Origin: an uncultured Candidatus Saccharibacteria bacterium
GTDB taxonomy: Bacteria; Patescibacteriota; Doudnabacteria; UBA920
Reading direction: 5' to 3'
Length of the DNA: 64,000 nucleotides
NCBI GenBank assembly: GCA_964532425.1
Contig: CAZHIA010000002.1
Coordinates: 13,945-77,944 of the forward strand
The translations under genes were made by a program, and so were the position numbers. The first letter of the stretch is position 1. Each line of letters opens with the position of its first letter. Under the pieces are notes generated by a model that saw only the letters and a program-made list of their open reading frames with translations, had not been told where the DNA came from and did no database searches. Positions 20,101 through 29,587 of the stretch are shown one piece after another.

Positions 20101-23100
20101 TGTCGGAGCGGGTTCTTTATGGGATATGACTGGTGGTACCAATGTAACAGGGATTATAACCGGAACCGCGTGGGGACGGTCAGCTTATCCTTTTCCGTCA
20201 ATTTTCCGCGGAACACAAAAACAACTTGACAGTTCAGTACTTATTGGGCCACGAGCAACAACCGGTGTCAACAGCGATTCCGCATCTATGCTTACAAATG
20301 TTGTGGCGATAAACGGTATGGCCACACAGAGCAACCAGGTCGTCATCGGCAATAGCGCTACTCAGCAAATGATATTGTATGGCAATGTCGGGATTGGGAC
20401 CACTACCCCTTCCGCGACTTTGCATATAGAGGGAGCTCAGCCGCAGATTTTATCCAAAGCCACGGACCCGGCACAATCAGCTTCCTGGTCCCTGACAACT
20501 CCCGGCAACAACGTCTCATTCACGGCATACCAATATGGCAGCAGTTATGTCGGTACGTATTTGGGATTGAACGCTACCGGAGTTTCGGTACTTCGCGCCG
20601 CAGGCGGATCGGCAGGCATGGTCATCAACGAAGAATCCAACGCACCTATTTTGTTCGGCACCAGCAACCACGAACAAATGCGCATCGAGGGCGGCGGCAA
20701 TGTAGGCATTGGTATTACCGTACCCCAGGCCAAACTGCATGTATCCGGAGGCAATGTCCTGTTTGAAACCGGTAATGTCAGCATTGGCACCACCACAACA
20801 CCCAGCAAATTATTAGTCCAAGGAGCAACCGTTGACCCCACCGCTCCAGTCTTGAGCGTACTGAACCATTCAGCTGCAAATGTATTGACTGTGCTCGATA
20901 GTGGTAATATCGGTATTGGCACCACCACTCCTTCCCAGCTTTTGACGGTAGGCAATAATAACCAATTTACTGTGAGTACCACTGGTGCTGTAACCGGGCT
21001 TAGCTTTACGGATGTAAATGGTTCGCAAATGGGCGGCGGTGTATTAAATGTAGCCGGAGGAGGCAACGCGACTTATATTAATTCTTCCGGCATCAGTTTG
21101 CAGACCGGCAGCAGTATGAGGATTTTATGGAACGGCCAAAGCGTGGGATTGTCGAGCGGCGCGTCAGGAAAGCTTTATGTTGGTAACGGGACTATTGGTG
21201 ATTATTCGGGAACTTTAATCGCCGGCAACGTCGGCATCGGGACGACATCACCATCACAATTACTTGCGGTGGGAAATAATAATCAGGTCACGGTAGATTC
21301 GAATGGCTTGATTACAATGACAAAACCGAGCAGCGCTTTACCCGCAACGTATTTATATTTTAAAGTGCCAGGTTCCGCGGATTGGGGCGTATCGTTGGGC
21401 GCTGAAACTATTCCGAATTGGTATTTTGGTAGAGCGTCTACCCGCCAGACATCGGACTATTTTTGGAGAGCTAACTGGAATACCGCAGGCGTTGCGGTGA
21501 ACACATTCCAGAATGCGGATTCGGGTAACGGCTACGGTGGGGCTGCACTGACTACTATGAATATTCAAGGCATAACAAATCAGACGGGGGATTTGTTTGC
21601 AATTAGCACTTCCAGCTCGAGCCCAATGGGTAATTTGTTTAAGGTCCAGCAAAACGGGAATGTCGGGATTGGGACGACGAGTCCTATTGTAAAATTAGAT
21701 GTCTGGGGAAATTTGAATGTTGCAACGTCTTCCACATCGACTTTGTATGTAGATGCGGGCACAGGCAGGGTGGGGATTGGGAAGAATAATCCGAGCTATG
21801 CACTGGATGTAACGGGTCCAATACGTTCGACCAGTAATATTTACGGCGGCTGGGCAATGCTCCAACGCTTAGTCGATTCTGACAATAATTCTTATTACGT
21901 TAACCCCGACGCCAACGGCAGTGGATTTTCCGCAGTTTTAGCCGGCAACGTCGGCATTGGCACCACCACACCTAACCAAACTTTGGAAGTTGTTGGTAGT
22001 TTCGGGATTAGCAATGGGAGTAACAATACCAGGGTTGTCATGACTCCGGTATTCGCCAACACGTTGCAATTCAGTTATGGCGGTACGGGGGCTAACATTG
22101 GCAGCCTTACCAATGGTTCCTACTTATTGTTAGGTCCATCGGGCAGCACTACCACTCCGGTATACGCCTTTACCAATGACGCCAATACCGGCATTGGCAC
22201 TGCAGGGAACAGCAGTGACACCATCAGTTTAATTACCGCTGGCTCCAGCAGGGTATTTATTGATGCTCTTGGGAATGTCGGCATCGGGACGACGACACCA
22301 AAGGCAACACTGCATGTGGAGGGATCGCTAAATATAAACAACGGATCAATTACGCACACGACAAGCACCAATTTGACCACTATTGATTATTTACAGGTCG
22401 GGGCGAGCGGGTTTGAGACAGACGCCGGCATGGTGACATGGACAGATATGCCGGTGACGGCAAGCTCTGCCACTACCACGATTTTAAGCTACACCGCTTC
22501 TATGAACGGCGCGCCAGTGTTAACGGTGTATGCCAACGGCGACGGTGCGGGCGGCATCCAGAATGCGGCGGTCGGCATCGGCACCACTACGCCAACCTTA
22601 GGACCCTTAACGGTCAGTAACGGCGCTTATGTTACTGCCGGCGGAACCTGGACCAACTCTTCTGATAGGAATAAGAAAGAGAACTTTACCGATGTAGACC
22701 CGTTCGAGGTCCTGCAAAAAATCAACTTGCTTAGCATTCAACAGTGGAACTACAAGAACGAAACCGCTTCCACTACGCACATCGGCCCGGTCGCACAGGA
22801 CTTTTACGATAAGTTCCACCTGGGCGGCAGCGACCTTTCGATTTCCACTATCGACCCTGCCGGTGTGGCACTCTTAGGCATGCAGGGCTTTAGCAAAATT
22901 TTTGGATTGCAAGGCAACTTAAACGGCAGTTTATCATCCACCACCCCCATAACTATCACCCGCCAAGTTAACTTTGCTGGCGACACCGTGGGTGAGGCTA
23001 AAATTTTAGCCGGCGCAACCTCAGTCAGAGTGAATTTTGACCAGCCGTACGAGTATCAGCCAATTGTTACCCTAACACCTTTGGACTTCGTTGACGGCGC

Positions 23101-23536
23101 ATACCGCGTGACCGCAGCAGATGCCAGTGGCTTTACCATTGAGCTGCAGAAAATCCAAAGCATAGATGCCTCATTTAACTGGCATGCATTCGGCGGCAAA
23201 GGTACGCAGCTAACCGTATCCAACGGCAGCAAATCGAAAATAATTTTGGTGCCTGCAGGCAAAGGCCAAGTCGGCCAAACCAATCCCGCACTTACTGTAA
23301 CAACCGGAAACGGTTCCCCGCAGCCGACTACTACCACAACCGAAAACGAGAATAAAGGCACGGTAGCCGGCGCAAACACCGGAACTGAAGAACAACCGGC
23401 AACCGGAATTACGGAACCTGCAGCGAAGACTGATGGCACCATCACGACTCCGGAGCCGGCAGGAACCTCAACTCCTGACACCGGCACACAGGAAACTGCC
23501 AGCCCGGAAACCCCGACTGGGACGGCGGGGGAATAG
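17120..23536 (+). CDS. Giant surface/fibre-like protein with [10 protein letters not shown] repeats and C-terminal peptidase S74 intramolecular chaperone domain
   Basis: About 14 GNVGIGT-like repeats, YadA-head-like ALG..AL..NTTG repeats, [10 protein letters not shown]...[10 protein letters not shown]. Confidence 0.85.
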   Translation: MKTKFLFAWMCGTLVLAELLVSFRAAQDQLVTFIPHAVHRAVPTIFQDASNFVSFSERMAGEKNRLLVQLGFTIENDLQHTGLIAKSFRNDSVEPYRAMANAIQTGIRKQAKDIEYATRYGTITLKMWKSFLAWENQAVVTAGNWASSDLRTDITAPYQTGAVAIRQGLYEQSRQVGRFWQGIVENAGSIDIAVNGLGEQPNLPQRLVATNVFHLKKQTEATNSTPQLSLNAQNGKVLAAKTSTNTNTGKPVAQPTYQPGDTMAMVNQRLDEYTQFLASFGYGVNGNNGSNGVNTTNQASGNQTTVINNVPLVTYVPSNQSQNFSGGSLAGFTQLGADGLTVSTARINSSLNLSGPATLSSLTVSGLSSLATTTVTGTLTAEHFVGDGSGLTGLPSGSQWTTSGSDIYYNSGNVSIGTTTPTAKFQVDGTSYLGSNASQVASYLSGWATAEAFVYGHTSGTDTSWYERNGLYVVEEDHSVDSNTPYVYGATIQGNGYGTGDYSEIAGLKVWGTVNNSTTMSNQYSSLYGIQTFGGAYDDSSVQNAYGVWSTGVYNGNSNVNNLYAIYSRRAGYSPGGKVNNSYGVYIQNPVGGATGNNYGLFLDNMSAGTSTNFSIYSAGGTSYFAGSIGVGTTSPVASLTIKGSGGTNPFVIASSAGSTLLAVTQSGNVGINTSTPAFKLDVNGIINATALYVNGSPYIGSQWATNGSSVYYNGGNVGIGTTTPQAKLEVDATVTPTGSELVSNGSFTGGTAGWTLGSNVSYGTNNVVSTYAGGDPSLSTNFNTEAGKTYLLTFTVSNANANSYLYFYLDNNRLSYNSGQVSNQTYSVAFKTDFTGTETIHFDQWNYTNGETWTLDNVSIKEINPTKPSLLVKNYNGETVLSAGGDLYGNTVFGSAALSSNTTGGNNLALGNRALLSNTSGWENIALGANALFANTTGTHNIAVGPALASNTTGDDNYAFGIGSMANNTSGSANIALGHMTLNSNQTGSFNIAVGAGSLWDMTGGTNVTGIITGTAWGRSAYPFPSIFRGTQKQLDSSVLIGPRATTGVNSDSASMLTNVVAINGMATQSNQVVIGNSATQQMILYGNVGIGTTTPSATLHIEGAQPQILSKATDPAQSASWSLTTPGNNVSFTAYQYGSSYVGTYLGLNATGVSVLRAAGGSAGMVINEESNAPILFGTSNHEQMRIEGGGNVGIGITVPQAKLHVSGGNVLFETGNVSIGTTTTPSKLLVQGATVDPTAPVLSVLNHSAANVLTVLDSGNIGIGTTTPSQLLTVGNNNQFTVSTTGAVTGLSFTDVNGSQMGGGVLNVAGGGNATYINSSGISLQTGSSMRILWNGQSVGLSSGASGKLYVGNGTIGDYSGTLIAGNVGIGTTSPSQLLAVGNNNQVTVDSNGLITMTKPSSALPATYLYFKVPGSADWGVSLGAETIPNWYFGRASTRQTSDYFWRANWNTAGVAVNTFQNADSGNGYGGAALTTMNIQGITNQTGDLFAISTSSSSPMGNLFKVQQNGNVGIGTTSPIVKLDVWGNLNVATSSTSTLYVDAGTGRVGIGKNNPSYALDVTGPIRSTSNIYGGWAMLQRLVDSDNNSYYVNPDANGSGFSAVLAGNVGIGTTTPNQTLEVVGSFGISNGSNNTRVVMTPVFANTLQFSYGGTGANIGSLTNGSYLLLGPSGSTTTPVYAFTNDANTGIGTAGNSSDTISLITAGSSRVFIDALGNVGIGTTTPKATLHVEGSLNINNGSITHTTSTNLTTIDYLQVGASGFETDAGMVTWTDMPVTASSATTTILSYTASMNGAPVLTVYANGDGAGGIQNAAVGIGTTTPTLGPLTVSNGAYVTAGGTWTNSSDRNKKENFTDVDPFEVLQKINLLSIQQWNYKNETASTTHIGPVAQDFYDKFHLGGSDLSISTIDPAGVALLGMQGFSKIFGLQGNLNGSLSSTTPITITRQVNFAGDTVGEAKILAGATSVRVNFDQPYEYQPIVTLTPLDFVDGAYRVTAADASGFTIELQKIQSIDASFNWHAFGGKGTQLTVSNGSKSKIILVPAGKGQVGQTNPALTVTTGNGSPQPTTTTTENENKGTVAGANTGTEEQPATGITEPAAKTDGTITTPEPAGTSTPDTGTQETASPETPTGTAGE

Positions 23537-23679
23537 GACTGGTAGGATGAATGGGTGAGATGAGTCCAATAGGGTAGATAAGAATAATAAGATCTATAGG
23601 ATTGATAATTAATATAGGATGAATAGGAAGTATAGGATGTATAGGTCCTATCAAACCTATTTATCTTATAAAGCCTATG
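23532..23679. repeat. 9-nt periodic tract (16 units, tataggatg-like) running from a stop codon to a start codon
   Basis: aataggact ggtaggatg ... tataggatg tataggtcc tatcaaacc tatttatct tataaagcc tATG. Confidence 0.85.
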
Positions 23680-24309
23680 GGTGGTTATAGGGATTTAAAA
23701 TCTTTCCAAGGAACGGAGATTATTTTTGATTTGACTGTGGAATTTTTATCCCGCTATATAAAAAATAACCGCAAGCTTTGGGAACAGATGGAAGGAGCCG
23801 CACGGAGCGGCAAGCAAAATTTAGCTGAAGGTTCAAAATACATGAACACTTCCCGCGCCTCTGAAATCAGGTTGATTGAGGTTAACCGTGGCAGCTTGGA
23901 AGAACTCTTGCTTGACTACGAAGATTGTCTGCGCAAGAATCATTTACCCATTTGGAGCATGCAGGACCACCGCGTGACCAAAATCAGGAAACTAGCTTAT
24001 GCTCCCAATAAGTCCTATAAAACCTATTTATCCTATTTGGAAAATCTAGAAACAGCTGCCAATTGTTTAATTACCATCATCAATCAAACTAACTATCTCT
24101 TAGACCGGCAAATGAGAAGCCTGAAAACCGATGTAATTGAAAAGGGCGACATGAGGGAAAGACTGTCACAAGAACGCAATGCATTTAAGAAAACTCAACT
24201 AGCCAACCCCGGACCATCGCTCGACGAATTTCTAAAAGGGTTCGGAATGAAACGTTTAGAAAACGGCCAAGTGATAAAAATTGAGGAATATGATTCAAAG
24301 AAACAATAA
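23677..24309 (+). CDS. Four helix bundle protein (23S-IVP/Avd-like, long suffix-domain type)
   Basis: GYRDLKSFQ, QMEGAARSGKQNLAEGS, RGSLEELLLDYED and NYLLDRQ motifs. Confidence 0.85.
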   Translation: MGGYRDLKSFQGTEIIFDLTVEFLSRYIKNNRKLWEQMEGAARSGKQNLAEGSKYMNTSRASEIRLIEVNRGSLEELLLDYEDCLRKNHLPIWSMQDHRVTKIRKLAYAPNKSYKTYLSYLENLETAANCLITIINQTNYLLDRQMRSLKTDVIEKGDMRERLSQERNAFKKTQLANPGPSLDEFLKGFGMKRLENGQVIKIEEYDSKKQ

Positions 24310-24334
24310 GACAAATAGGATGAATAGGTCAGAT

Positions 24335-26452
24335 ATGACCAATAAGACCTATAGGACGTATAAGACCTTTATTGCTGCAATGATTGCGGCTGTTTTTCTG
24401 CTGCCCGGTTTTTCTGCCCAGGCTGCAATGATAAAAAAACAGCCGAATAATTTGGGACTGAAAGCTTATTGGAATTTTGACGAAGGCAAGGGGATAAAGG
24501 CTGGGGATTTTAGCGGGAATGGCAACAAAGGAACCCTATCCAACACCACCTGGACTAATGGCAAGCACGGCAAGGCTTTAAATTTTAACGGCAGCAACAG
24601 CGCCATGTCAGTTGCCAGCTACACTAACATGAGCCCAGGCGCCAACAACTTTTCTATAGCTTTTTGGATCAAAACTTCGGGCTATGGCGATTTAATTATA
24701 GGTGCGGACGGCAATGCGGGCACCACGCTGCAAGGCTACGGCCTGGCTATTCCTTTCGGCTGGGGCTGTGCCACACCCGGCCAGCTGTATTTTAATTTTT
24801 CTAATGGCGCTGCACGCGAAGTAGGTTTTTGTTCCAGCAGTATCATTAACGATGGTGGCTGGCATCATGTTTCTATAACTGTCACCCGCGGCGATAAAGT
24901 AAAATTTTACATAGACGGCAACTTGGACAACTCCTTAAACACTACCTTAAACGGTTCCGTACTCCTCCACCATTTCAGCATAGGACAAATTGCCTGGCAA
25001 GGCTGGCTGAACGGATTAATGGATGATATCCGCCTTTATAACCGCGCGTTGTCCGCAAGCGAGGCACTCACCTTATATCAAAGCGGCCAGGAAACCATAG
25101 GTGGCAACCAGGCTGGCCGCGGGACAGACGGTTTAGTAGGGTATTGGTCATTGAATGCCAGTGATGTTTCAGGATCGTCAGCAACCGATGCCAGCGGCAA
25201 AGGCAGAACCTTAACACTATTTAACGGTCCTGCAGCAGCCACTGGACGGTTTGGGCAGGCTTTGTCTTTTAACGGCAGTACGCAGTACGCCAGCACGAGC
25301 AATGCTTTTTCCGAAATCGGCGTGAGCAACCAGGCTTACACGGTTTCAGCCTGGGTCAAAATAGCGCAGGGCAAAACCCAGGGCGATATAATTCATACTT
25401 CCAGTTTGTCAAACGGTTCAGGCTGGTGTTTGGCGCCGCTTAAAATCAACGGCTCAAAAATTGAAACCACCAGCTGGAGTTCCGGTGATGTTACAATTTC
25501 CGGTAATACCACTTTAAAAGCCGATGCTTGGTATTTTTTGGCCGCCACCTGGTCTGCTTCCGGCGGACTACGCGCCTATGTTAATGGAAATTTAGATGCC
25601 TCGACAACTCAGAACACTTATACCGCCAGCGGAGTATCTAATTATATATTTTTGGGCGGGCACGGCGGAGGCTGCGCTTCTGACCGCGGCTATTTTACCG
25701 GAACTATAGATGAACCGCGGGTTTATAGTCGCGCTTTATCACAAACCGAATTAACCGCGCTTTATAATCTTGGCAAAAAAACCGAGAACACCTCACCAAC
25801 ATCGCGCTTAAATGACGGACTCATTGGCTACTGGAACTTTAACGGCGCGAATATGACGGACACACTTGCTTTAGACTCATCCGGTAACGGTTATACCGCC
25901 ACTCTTGCCGGTAACACCGCCAAAGCCATCGGCAAAATAGGGCAAGGGTTATATTTTGACGGCAGCGGCGATTACGTGGCAGTACCTTATACGGCGGCTT
26001 TGGCGCCTGCAAGCGCCATCAGTTATGGCGCTTGGTTTAAATCCTCCGATGTTTCCGCCAATACGCGCATTATTTCCAAAACCGAATTTGGCGGGTTTAA
26101 CCTAGGGCTCAACGACACGGTTTCCGGCATATCCGCCACCGTCAATACAACAAACGGGGGTTATCATTATGTAAATTACCCATCGCCGCAAAACAATCGC
26201 TGGTACCACGCGTTTGTCACCTATGACGGCAGCAATGTGAGTCTGTATGTGGATGGGCAGCTAGCCAGCAGCACGCCAGCTACCGGATTAGCCAACTTCA
26301 CCCGCACCAACCCTTTATGCATCGGGTCAGAACCCAATTCAACAGCGTGCACGTACGGCAACTATTTGACGGGCTTAATTGATGAAGTGCGCATTTATAA
26401 CCGCGCTCTGGCACCGGCTGAGGTTAAACAATTATACATAATGGGAAAATAG
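24335..26452 (+). CDS. Secreted protein with three LamG/concanavalin A-like domains
   Basis: Three repeats of GL..YW.F..D.SG.G / WHH/WYH / G.IDE.R.Y.RALS. Signal peptide ending ..SAQA. Start uncertain (24281, 24290 or 24335). Confidence 0.85.
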   Translation: MTNKTYRTYKTFIAAMIAAVFLLPGFSAQAAMIKKQPNNLGLKAYWNFDEGKGIKAGDFSGNGNKGTLSNTTWTNGKHGKALNFNGSNSAMSVASYTNMSPGANNFSIAFWIKTSGYGDLIIGADGNAGTTLQGYGLAIPFGWGCATPGQLYFNFSNGAAREVGFCSSSIINDGGWHHVSITVTRGDKVKFYIDGNLDNSLNTTLNGSVLLHHFSIGQIAWQGWLNGLMDDIRLYNRALSASEALTLYQSGQETIGGNQAGRGTDGLVGYWSLNASDVSGSSATDASGKGRTLTLFNGPAAATGRFGQALSFNGSTQYASTSNAFSEIGVSNQAYTVSAWVKIAQGKTQGDIIHTSSLSNGSGWCLAPLKINGSKIETTSWSSGDVTISGNTTLKADAWYFLAATWSASGGLRAYVNGNLDASTTQNTYTASGVSNYIFLGGHGGGCASDRGYFTGTIDEPRVYSRALSQTELTALYNLGKKTENTSPTSRLNDGLIGYWNFNGANMTDTLALDSSGNGYTATLAGNTAKAIGKIGQGLYFDGSGDYVAVPYTAALAPASAISYGAWFKSSDVSANTRIISKTEFGGFNLGLNDTVSGISATVNTTNGGYHYVNYPSPQNNRWYHAFVTYDGSNVSLYVDGQLASSTPATGLANFTRTNPLCIGSEPNSTACTYGNYLTGLIDEVRIYNRALAPAEVKQLYIMGK

Positions 26453-26508
26453 AACTACGAAGCTACAAATAGGGGACACTACAAAAAACTACGAAATCCC
26501 AAACAACG

Positions 26509-26540
26509 AAAACACCCCGACAAAAAGTCGGGGTGTTTTT
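26509..26540. terminator. Bidirectional terminator
   Basis: AAAACACCCCGAC-AAAAA-GTCGGGGTGTTTTT between convergent genes. Confidence 0.8.
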
Positions 26541-26547
26541 CTTAGTT

Positions 26548-27753
26548 TTACGCTGCCGCTTCTTCCGTTTTTTCCTCTACAGCCTTTTCTTCCTTCTCAG
26601 CTTTCTTCGGCGGCTCCTGCAAAGCTTTCAAAGACAGCCCTAAGCGGTGTTCAGCCGGCTCGATGGAGATAACCTTGAAATCGCATTCCTGGCCGGGCTT
26701 TAAGACCTCTTCAGGATTCTTAATAGCCTGGTGGGACAGTTCCATAATGTGGGCAAGGCCCTGAATGTCCTTGTCGAGTTCAACGAAGACTCCGAACGGC
26801 ATGATCTTGGTGACTTTACCATTCACCACCTGGCCGATCTGGTACTTCTTCACGGCTTCCAACCAGGGATCCTGCTGCAATTGCTTGATAGACAGGGAAA
26901 CACGGCCCTTGTCGATGGAAATAATCTTAGCTTGCACTTTCTGGCCGACTTTGACGATATCCTTGGGATTCTCGATGCGCTGCCAGGCCAGTTCACTGAT
27001 GTGGACCAAGCCTTCCAAGTCGCCGAATTTGACGAAAGCACCGAAATCAACCACGCCGGTCACCATACCATCAACCACGTCGCCGATCTTGAGCTTGGAG
27101 AGGCGTTCTTCCACTTCCTTCTCGAAGACAGCCTTTTCGGAAACAATCAGTTTTTCTTCAGTAGAATCAGCGGTGATAATCTGGACATCAAACGGCTGGC
27201 CGACATAGCTCTGCAAGACAGAGAGAATCTTGTTCTTGTCGCCATCTTCCACGCGGGGATAGTGCTCGAGGCTCAACTGGGACACGGGCAAGAAACCCAT
27301 GACATTGTTGATCTCGACCATGAGACCGCCTTTGTTGGCTTCCAAAATCTTGGTGCGGACAACTTCCTTGCTGTCCATCTTGGCCTTGAGGGTCTGCCAG
27401 ACGCGTTCCTGGCCAGCTTGGCGCAGGGACAGTTCGACAATACCTTCCTTGTTCTCGGGCTCAACCACAGAAACAAAGATTTGGTCACCGGGCTTGAGGC
27501 TGGCCAGAGTCGCTTCGTCATCATACAGCTCGCGGCCGCGGACCACGCCGACACCGTAGCCTTCCAGGTCAACATAGACCTCGTTCTTGCCCACGGAAAT
27601 GAGCGTTCCCTCGACCATGTCGCCGGGCTTTAAAACCTTGATCTCAACGCCGGATGACAGTAAATCCTGCATGGTTTCGGCTTTGGCCGCTTCTGCCGGG
27701 ATATTCTGCTGGAGCAGTTGGGTAGGGGTTTGGGGGGTAGTTAATTCTTCCAT
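26548..27753 (-). CDS. rpsA: 30S ribosomal protein S1 (four S1 domains)
   Basis: GFLPVSQLS, FGAFVKFGDLEGLVHISEL and FGVFVEL motifs. Start at MEELTT (AAAGGA upstream), ORF track starts at 27774. Confidence 0.92.
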   Translation of the reverse strand: MEELTTPQTPTQLLQQNIPAEAAKAETMQDLLSSGVEIKVLKPGDMVEGTLISVGKNEVYVDLEGYGVGVVRGRELYDDEATLASLKPGDQIFVSVVEPENKEGIVELSLRQAGQERVWQTLKAKMDSKEVVRTKILEANKGGLMVEINNVMGFLPVSQLSLEHYPRVEDGDKNKILSVLQSYVGQPFDVQIITADSTEEKLIVSEKAVFEKEVEERLSKLKIGDVVDGMVTGVVDFGAFVKFGDLEGLVHISELAWQRIENPKDIVKVGQKVQAKIISIDKGRVSLSIKQLQQDPWLEAVKKYQIGQVVNGKVTKIMPFGVFVELDKDIQGLAHIMELSHQAIKNPEEVLKPGQECDFKVISIEPAEHRLGLSLKALQEPPKKAEKEEKAVEEKTEEAAA

Positions 27754-28024
27754 TGAAATTCCTTTACTAACCATTAAAGAATCGAGTATAAAAAAACAAC
27801 GATCCTAAATCGCTGTACAACCAGTACTGAGTAGGATATGCGATGATAATGGTTAATTGTTAACAGCGCCTATTACTTGGACCTGCCTGGGATTAATATT
27901 ATTTACTTAAGGCGCTTTACGCCAGACAAGTGGTGCCATTATAGCATTTTCCTTGAATTCTGTCACTGTTGACAAAAGTTCTTAAATATTCCATATTATA
28001 CTGATAGATATAAGGAGGCATGTT

Positions 28025-28297
28025 ATGCGAGTTCGCGATAGCGAAGTCTGCCGTGATGGCCAAATCATGGCCTGGATACTACTCTGCTGTGTACCAGCTG
28101 TTTTCATGTTCGAGATCCCTTTCGTAGGCATCGCATGGTTGACCGCTGTAGTCATCATCACCACCCTGATCGGTAACACAGTCGGAGCTTGGGCAGGTAC
28201 GACTTTTTTTATCCTCGCGTACCCACTGACCGTCGTCATCTTCATCGCCTGTATCAAAAAGCCGCTCGCGCGCCGCGAAATCCATCTCTGGAATTAG
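28025..28297 (+). CDS. Small membrane hypothetical protein
   Basis: TAAGGAGG SD, promoter-like TTGACA upstream, hydrophobic segments, terminator downstream. Confidence 0.65.
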   Translation: MRVRDSEVCRDGQIMAWILLCCVPAVFMFEIPFVGIAWLTAVVIITTLIGNTVGAWAGTTFFILAYPLTVVIFIACIKKPLARREIHLWN

Positions 28298-28564
28298 AAT
28301 GGACCACATCCACAGAACCCTGGTCTTGCTTGCCGGGGTTTTTTGTTTCCATTGATTTTTGATCGTTAAAATCACGAACGGATAATGTCCGCCCCTATGC
28401 GAAAAAACATCTGAATTATGCGGTAAAATATGGTCTTTTTTGCTGTCTTTTCCTTCACTTTTTGGCCAAAAACATGTATAATTTAAGAACGGATTTAAGA
28501 TTAAAGAATAAGGATTTCAGATAAAAAAACTTAAATCCTCAATCTGAAATCTTCCAACTTTTCC

Positions 28565-29191
28565 ATGCAAATACAATATTTCGGCCTGTCTAGTTTCAAA
28601 ATCACAACCAAGGAAGCGGTAGTTGCCACTGACCCGTTCCATAAGGATTCCGGCCTGGTACCGCCCCGGGGAGCTGCTGATATTATCATCCTGTCTCAAA
28701 AGGAAAAGAACCTTTATTCTGCCGTTTCTGGGTTTTCCGGTGACCCATTTATGATGGATACGCCGGGGGAATACGATGTTAAAGGTGTAACCGTCACCGG
28801 AATTCCGCTTAAGCAAGAGGATAAATATGTCACGGTCGAACTTATCGAAAGCGAGGATATCAGGATCCTGAACCTTTCCCATATCAAGGAATGGAACATG
28901 AAGGAAGACGAAGTGGAAGAATTGGGGGAGATAGACATTCTCATCCTGCCGGTCGGTGGCAACACTGTCCTCTCCGCCGCTGCCGCAGCCAAAGTGGTCA
29001 ACGAAATCGAACCGAAAGTTGTCATTCCCTCGCACTACAAAATGAAAGAATTAATTCTGGACCTCGATCCGCTCGAGAAATTCATCAAGGAAATGGGCGG
29101 TAAGAACGAATCCATGGACAAGCTGACCCTCAAGAAGAAAGACCTGGCCGAAGAGGGGACGAAGGTTGTGGTGTTGGAACCGTTAAGATAG
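28565..29191 (+). CDS. MBL-fold protein (beta-lactamase superfamily), degenerate metal site
   Basis: IQYFGLSSFKI, TDPF, PGEYDVKGV, DILILPVGG and VIPSHY present. HxHxDH absent. Confidence 0.8.
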   Translation: MQIQYFGLSSFKITTKEAVVATDPFHKDSGLVPPRGAADIIILSQKEKNLYSAVSGFSGDPFMMDTPGEYDVKGVTVTGIPLKQEDKYVTVELIESEDIRILNLSHIKEWNMKEDEVEELGEIDILILPVGGNTVLSAAAAAKVVNEIEPKVVIPSHYKMKELILDLDPLEKFIKEMGGKNESMDKLTLKKKDLAEEGTKVVVLEPLR

Positions 29192-29272
29192 TTAAAAGTT
29201 CAAAGTGAAAAGTTCAAAGTTACTTACAAACCAAGCAATTTTTAATTTTGAATTTTAAATTTTGAATTTACC
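29190..29272. repeat. Tandem-unit inverted-arm element (7-nt agttcaa / aattttg)
   Basis: 5 units in each arm, from the TAG stop to 1 nt before ATG 29273. Confidence 0.8.
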
Positions 29273-29482
29273 ATGTCTTGGCTTGAGCGCATTCGGAAAA
29301 AATCACACGATGAAAAAGTTAAACTGATCTGGATCATTTGCGGTTGGACCGCTGCCGTGCTGGTCATTGTCTGGATCGTCTCGGCACATTATGCCAAAAG
29401 ACTCCCGACCGACCCATCCCTGTTTACCACCCTTGGACAAAGTTTCCATGATTTAAAGCAAAACTTTAACAATAACCATTGA
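29273..29482 (+). CDS. Small single-TM hypothetical protein
   Basis: 69 aa, WLERIRKK N-terminus plus a TM helix, in operon with gyrA. Confidence 0.7.
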   Translation: MSWLERIRKKSHDEKVKLIWIICGWTAAVLVIVWIVSAHYAKRLPTDPSLFTTLGQSFHDLKQNFNNNH

Positions 29483-29578
29483 CCTTTAACATTTGACATT
29501 TGACAGGGCAGGCCACTGCTTGCTTCGCTGAAGCGAGCCTACACTACGGTCAAAGGTCAAATGTCACATGTTAAATGT
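29475..29578. repeat. Tandem-unit inverted-arm element (7-nt catttga / gtcaaat)
   Basis: ccattga cctttaa catttga catttga ... gtcaaag gtcaaat gtcacat gttaaat. Confidence 0.8.
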
Positions 29579-29587
29579 AATAACGAA

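Noticed and set aside
23442-23654. 70-aa minus-strand ORF (IGPIHPILPIHPI...)
   Set aside because: A translation by-product of the 9-nt periodic tract
16872-26452. Prophage (excisionase-like HTH plus tail-fibre chaperone domain)
   Set aside because: No integrase, terminase, capsid, portal or lysis genes, and the neighbours are cellular genes
26731-27633. 300-aa ORF antisense to rpsA, and similar shadow ORFs over infB, gyrA, yebC and the PBP gene
   Set aside because: Explained by codon bias of the well-supported gene on the other strand, with no motifs of their own
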